Source: an uncultured Mycoplasmatota bacterium (GTDB taxonomy: Bacteria; Bacillota_I; Bacilli_A; RF39; UBA660). Taken from it: a DNA stretch of 64,000 nucleotides. Location: contig URWD01000001.1 of assembly GCA_900551525.1 (NCBI GenBank), forward strand, positions 5,164-69,163. The letters run 5' to 3'. Shown here in pieces: positions 59,928 to 64,000 of this stretch. Below the pieces are notes generated by a model. It was not told the origin of the DNA. It saw nothing but the letters and a program-made list of their open reading frames with translations, and did no database searches. The position numbers and the translations under genes are program-made. The first letter of the stretch is position 1; each line of letters opens with the position of its first letter.

Positions 59928-61526
59928 ATGAAGAAATTTATAAAAAAAATTAAAAGTAATAAATTTTTATATATATTAAGTGTTTTAATTGTGGGAGTAT
60001 TTTTTATACTTATTGCAAGAGTTACTTATGCTTTTTTAGCACCAATTATTAATAATGCTCAGACTAATATAGTTATAAAAGGTAATACTGTAGATGAATT
60101 TAAATTAAAGGTGGGAAATCCTCTTAAGTTAGATGCAACACCAACTACTTTAAAAGAAAATGGTACTAATTATACTACAAGTACTACAGCTACTGCTTCT
60201 TTAAAAGCTAATAGTACTAAAAATACTGCTACTTATAATTATTATTTGTATTTTCAAATAGAAAATAATACATTTACATATACGAGTGGAACCACACCAG
60301 AAATAATACTTACTATAACTAATCCAAATGGTGAAGAAGTTACATCAATTAATGGCCTTACTTATGGGACTTTTAATGGTGTATCAGGGTTTGACGTAAC
60401 AACTCAAAATGGCTTATTTAGTATTGCCAATAACTATCAAATAACATCTAATTCAAGTACAACAGCAACAACCCAAGAATGGACAATAACATTAACTTAT
60501 CTAAATCAAAGTTATGATCAATCAGCAAACTTTGGCAAGAGTATGGAGGTAAATGTACTGTTACAAAAAGAAGAAATTTCATTGCCCTTTCATGAAAGTT
60601 GTAATGGTGATACATTAGCATGCCATGTAGCAAAACTATATACAGGAACTCAAGGAGAAAATAATATTTATTATCATGATGGAAAACTAGAAAATGGTAT
60701 CGATGATAAATCGTATAGATATGCCGGAGCAAGTGAAAGTGTAAATAATTATGTATGTTTTGGAAGTAGTGAAACAACATGTCCAACAGAAAATTTATAC
60801 AGAATAATTGGTGTATTTAATGGTGAAACAAAGTTGATTAAGTCAACAGCTGCAACTAGTACATTACTAGGAACAGATGGAGATTATTATTTGTTAGGAA
60901 CAGATGGAGATTATGAGTTGGATACGATTTACTATTACTGGAATAAGCATGCAACAACAAACAATGGGAAAAACACTTGGAGTTATAGCTTATTAAATAA
61001 AGTGAACTTAAACACAAATTTCATAACAAATATCGGAGATGAGTGGGCAAAAAAAATAGCAATGACAACATGGAAAGTTGGAGGAAATACACGTGCAAAT
61101 ATAGCTGAAGTAGTTCCAGCTATAACGTATCAAAATGAAATCGTAAATCCAGTAACAACAAATACTATGGATAACACAACAGAATATACGGCGAAAATTG
61201 GCTTAATGTATGTGTCTGACTATGGGTTTGCAGCAAGTCCGAGTGCATGGACAAGTACAATGGATTACTATAATGAGCCCTCAATAACGTCAGTGAATTG
61301 GATGCTGATAGAGAAATATGAATGGACAATTACACGTGAATCTAGTGAAACTTACTATGCCTTTTTAGCTGGAATAACTGATGGCTTAAATGGTGTTTTC
61401 GGTTACATGGTGAATAGCTTAGACTCATACTATAGTTTGATTGTTCGCCCAGTCTTCTATCTTGAATCATCAGTAACCTATGTCTCAGGTACTGGTACTT
61501 CAAGTGATCCAATAAGAATCAATTAA
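59928..61526 (+). CDS. Secreted protein, paralogue of 16171..17607 (TasA/SipW-signal-like N-terminus, C-type-lectin-like C-terminus ending ..IVRPVFYLESSVTYVSGTGTSSDPIRIN)
   Basis: Signal/TM KFLYILSVLIVGVFFILIARVTYAFLAP. Blocks conserved with 16171: HESCNGDTLACHVAKLYTGTQGENNIYYHD, NLYRIIGVF, GLMYVSDYGFAA. Composition is uniformly AT-rich (no GC patch). Confidence 0.7.
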   Translation: MKKFIKKIKSNKFLYILSVLIVGVFFILIARVTYAFLAPIINNAQTNIVIKGNTVDEFKLKVGNPLKLDATPTTLKENGTNYTTSTTATASLKANSTKNTATYNYYLYFQIENNTFTYTSGTTPEIILTITNPNGEEVTSINGLTYGTFNGVSGFDVTTQNGLFSIANNYQITSNSSTTATTQEWTITLTYLNQSYDQSANFGKSMEVNVLLQKEEISLPFHESCNGDTLACHVAKLYTGTQGENNIYYHDGKLENGIDDKSYRYAGASESVNNYVCFGSSETTCPTENLYRIIGVFNGETKLIKSTAATSTLLGTDGDYYLLGTDGDYELDTIYYYWNKHATTNNGKNTWSYSLLNKVNLNTNFITNIGDEWAKKIAMTTWKVGGNTRANIAEVVPAITYQNEIVNPVTTNTMDNTTEYTAKIGLMYVSDYGFAASPSAWTSTMDYYNEPSITSVNWMLIEKYEWTITRESSETYYAFLAGITDGLNGVFGYMVNSLDSYYSLIVRPVFYLESSVTYVSGTGTSSDPIRIN

Positions 61527-61545
61527 CAGAAAGGAATTGATATAA

Positions 61546-62484
61546 ATGAAAATATTATGTATAGGTCATTCAAGTTGGGATATAACTGTTCCAGTTGATG
61601 AATACCCAATTGAAAATACTAAATATAGATATAATGAAAAATATTCATCTGGTGGTGGTCCTGCATCTAATGCTGCATATCTACTTGGTAAATGGGGCAT
61701 AGATACAGTTATTGCAAGCACTATAGGTTCTGATGACTTTGGAACAAACATTAAAAAAGAGTTTCAAGATATCCACGTAAATACAGATTATATAGAAACT
61801 AGTTATGATAAAGATACATCTTTATCATTTATCCTTATAAATAAAAAAAATGGCTCTAGAACTGTATTTAATGTTGCAACAGAACATCCTGCATTAAAAA
61901 AACTAAGTTATGATTTTACTCCAGATATTATTTTTACTGATGGACATGATTATGGTGCTAGTCAAAATGCAATTAGTAAATATCAAAATGCAATTAGTAT
62001 AATTGATGCTGGTAGAGTAACACCAGAACTACTTGAATTATGTAAATATATTAAATATATAGTATGCAGTAAAGGTTTTGCTGAAACAGTTACTGGTATG
62101 AAATTTGATTATAGTAATCCAAGTATATTAGTTGCTATATATAATAAATTACAAGATAAATACCCAAATAGTAATATTGTAATTACTTTAGAAGAAAAAG
62201 GGTGTTTATATCAAGTGGGTAATGAAATAAAAATAATGCCAGGTCTTAAAGTAAATGCAGTAGATACTACTGGTGCTGGAGATATATTTCATGGAGCATT
62301 TACTTATGGTATAGCAAATAATTTCGATATGGAAAAAACTATAACACTTGCAAATATTGCAGCAGGTTTATCTGTTACTAAAATTGGATCAAGATTATCA
62401 ATTCCAACTTTATCAGAAGTACTTGATTATTATGCAAAAAAAACTGGTATGGTAAATAATAATGATAACAAGCAAAACTCCTAG
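61546..62484 (+). CDS. PfkB-family carbohydrate kinase (ribokinase-like)
   Basis: N-terminal GG motif (SSGGGPASNAA) and the C-terminal DTTGAGD anion-hole motif. Confidence 0.85.
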   Translation: MKILCIGHSSWDITVPVDEYPIENTKYRYNEKYSSGGGPASNAAYLLGKWGIDTVIASTIGSDDFGTNIKKEFQDIHVNTDYIETSYDKDTSLSFILINKKNGSRTVFNVATEHPALKKLSYDFTPDIIFTDGHDYGASQNAISKYQNAISIIDAGRVTPELLELCKYIKYIVCSKGFAETVTGMKFDYSNPSILVAIYNKLQDKYPNSNIVITLEEKGCLYQVGNEIKIMPGLKVNAVDTTGAGDIFHGAFTYGIANNFDMEKTITLANIAAGLSVTKIGSRLSIPTLSEVLDYYAKKTGMVNNNDNKQNS

Positions 62485-62716
62485 ACTTGATTTACATGGA
62501 GAGATCGTTCCCATGGTAGAAGTACTTGTAAATGAATTTATTAGGGATAATAAGGCTATGAATAATGATACGATTATCATTATTCATGGGAAAAGTACTA
62601 ATATACTTACGGAAGAAGTACATAATGTTTTAAGAAAGCATAAAGATGTAATAAGATATTATAAAAATAATTGGAATTTGGGAGAAACTATTGTAGAAAT
62701 AAATACTAAAAAATAA
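62462..62716 (+). CDS. Small Smr (MutS2 C-terminal-like) domain protein, 84 aa
   Basis: RLDLHG...(E)..V..F......IIIIHGKSTNILTEEVHNVL matches Smr-domain blocks (LDLHG / HGKG). Confidence 0.65.
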   Translation: MITSKTPRLDLHGEIVPMVEVLVNEFIRDNKAMNNDTIIIIHGKSTNILTEEVHNVLRKHKDVIRYYKNNWNLGETIVEINTKK

Positions 62717-62749
62717 ATAAATTAGCAATAAAATAAAACAATAAAATGC

Positions 62750-62948
62750 TTGACATAGTTGCTTTTGCTGGTATATAATATAAATGTACTTGAAAGAGTA
62801 TAACATGAAAATGTTAATCGCCTACCGGTGGTGCGAGCAATAAGTTATCCGGTGTGAGTATGTTAATCGCTTACTGGTGGCGCGAGCAATAAGTTATCCA
62901 GTATGAAAATGTAAAACTTAATAGAAAACTATTGAGTTTTTTTATTTG
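62750..62948 (+). ncRNA. Structured-RNA cassette A: sigma-A promoter (TTGACA 62750-62755 / TATAAT), conserved leader, 2.3 tandem 49-nt hairpin-pseudoknot repeats (units at 62813 and 62862), weak terminator 62925-62948
   Basis: Unit 1 has stem tcgc/gcga, loop cTACCGGtggt pairing with downstream CCGGTG. Unit 2 has loop tTACTGGtggc pairing with CCAGTA. No ORF. Confidence 0.55.
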
Positions 62949-62993
62949 AAATTATAAAATTTATAATAGCAATAAAACAAAGCAGCGATTTGC

Positions 62994-63180
62994 TTGACAT
63001 AGTAGCTATTCCAGCGTATAATATAAATGTACTTGAAAAAGTATAACAGAAAGTGTTTCTCGCTCTCGGATGGTGCGAGTAATAAATTATTCCGAGCGAT
63101 AATGTTTCTCACTAACGGGTGGTGTGAGTAATAAATAATCCCGTTGTTTGCTCAATCTAAACATGTTGAGCTTTTTATTT
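62994..63180 (+). ncRNA. Structured-RNA cassette B (paralogue of A): TTGACA 62994-62999, 17-nt spacer, TATAAT 63017-63022, same leader, two 49-nt units (63055, 63104), strong terminator 63150-63180
   Basis: Unit 1 has stem ctcgc/gcgag, loop tCTCGGAtggt pairing with TCCGAG. Unit 2 has stem ctcac/gtgag, loop tAACGGGtggt pairing with CCCGTT. Terminator gctcaa-tctaaacatg-ttgagc followed by T5. Confidence 0.55.
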
Positions 63181-63248
63181 TGTATTTTTAACAAATAAAT
63201 GTTTGCTTTTGCTATAAGAGTATGGTATTATATTAGTAGGTGGTTATA

Positions 63249-64000
63249 ATGGTTTATTTAAAAGAATTTAGTTTAGTTAGTGAAAATACTGAAAATATAA
63301 TTTTAAGTGAAGAAAAAAGAACATATTTTCATAATCAATATCCATTTAGAATATTTCCAAAAAAAGAATTTAAAGATATTAAATTTAGTGATGTAACTAT
63401 ACTTTATGGTGGTAATGGCTCTGGTAAATCAACAATTTTAAATATAATTGCTAATAAACTTAATTGTGATGGATCATTTGGGGTACATGGAGAAATGATG
63501 ATGAAGTATTTGGAACATTGCAGATTTGAAACATCTATGGAATATTTTGAAGAAGCTAAGATAATAAGAAGCGATGATGTATTTGATTATATATCTAATG
63601 TAAGAAGAATAAATAACCGAGGATTTAGTCAAAGAGAAATGTTATTTAGAGAATACTTTGATAATAAAGATAAAACAATTGATGATATGAATGACTATCA
63701 AAATTTGAAAAATTCAATTGATGCTAAAAGAAAAAGTGCATCAAATTATGTTAGAAATAGAGTACTTGATAAAGATGTAAAAGAGCAATCTAATGGAGAG
63801 GCAGCCCTTATGTATTTTGTATCTGAAATAAAAGAAAATAGCTTATATTTACTTGATGAACCTGAAAATAGTATGTCTGCCGCGATGCAACTTAAACTCA
63901 CTAAATTTTTAGAAGAATCTGCAAGATTCTTTAATTGTCAATTTATTATTGCTACTCACTCACCATTTTTACTTGGTATGAACGGTGCCATAATATATGA
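63249..64000 (+). CDS. AAA_21/AAA_15-type (ABC-like) ATPase, 3' truncated by window edge
   Basis: RBS aggtgg. Walker A GGNGSGKST. The C-terminal block LYLLDEPENSMSAAMQLKL..F....QFIIATHSPFLL (D-loop/H-loop of SMC/ABC-like AAA_21) is as found in OLD/Gabija/PARIS/RloC-type defence ATPases. The frame is open to the end of the window. Confidence 0.75.
   Translation, partial: MVYLKEFSLVSENTENIILSEEKRTYFHNQYPFRIFPKKEFKDIKFSDVTILYGGNGSGKSTILNIIANKLNCDGSFGVHGEMMMKYLEHCRFETSMEYFEEAKIIRSDDVFDYISNVRRINNRGFSQREMLFREYFDNKDKTIDDMNDYQNLKNSIDAKRKSASNYVRNRVLDKDVKEQSNGEAALMYFVSEIKENSLYLLDEPENSMSAAMQLKLTKFLEESARFFNCQFIIATHSPFLLGMNGAIIY

Noticed and set aside
62793-62910. CRISPR array interpretation of the 49-nt tandem repeats
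   Set aside because: Only 2.3 imperfect units per cassette, no unique spacers alternating with a conserved repeat, and no cas genes. The covariation pattern indicates a structured RNA instead.

Overview
This is a 64 kb chromosomal segment from a low-GC (about 27-28% by eye) endospore-forming Firmicute. The phylum call rests on PolC plus DnaE, a GerA/GerC/GerB germinant-receptor operon, CotZ/CotY-like and YjcZ-family spore proteins, an FtsW/RodA/SpoVE-family protein, and T-box leaders on tyrS and valS. Most of the window is housekeeping: rluA-family, tyrS, prsA, an ABC-2 exporter, valS, a plsC/acyl-CoA-ligase/plsC/3-hydroxyacyl-CoA-dehydrogenase lipid cluster, ogt, an ECF-like sigma factor with a putative anti-sigma partner, rpoZ, tRNA-Ala, lepA, hemW, rpsU, yqeY, rlmD, tgt, holA, dnaE, polC and tmcAL. 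Between these sit several accessory or unusual elements.

- (a) At the 3' edge there are two paralogous cassettes of promoter, two 49-nt hairpin-pseudoknot repeats and a terminator. Loop-tail pairing shows compensatory covariation across all four units. The cassettes lie between a small Smr-domain gene and a truncated AAA_21-type ATPase. I read them as a type III antitoxin-like or novel structured-RNA system, and they are the best candidate for the undescribed system.
- (b) A sharp 330-bp GC-rich patch (about 50% GC) covers the C-terminal C-type-lectin-like end (VRPVF) of a TasA/SipW-signal-type secreted protein. Codons of the form NNC are clustered there, and a GC-rich hairpin follows the stop. 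This looks like a diversity-generating-retroelement variable region. No reverse transcriptase or template repeat is in the window. An AT-rich undiversified paralog sits at 59928.
- (c) A GC-rich non-coding island holds a convergent sRNA and a 26-aa hydrophobic peptide gene, each with a sigma-A promoter, sharing a 3' hairpin. It is a type I toxin-antitoxin-like arrangement.
- (d) A class IIb-like bacteriocin locus has a C39-peptidase ABC transporter and two unannotated double-glycine-leader peptides.
- (e) An ORF6N/KilA-N gene is flanked by, and contains, GC-rich palindromes.
- (f) A disrupted Rpn/YhgA-like PD-(D/E)XK transposase sits near the 5' end.

Start codons were adjusted where the ORF track clearly over-extends. 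All functional calls come from motif recognition by eye; no searches were run.
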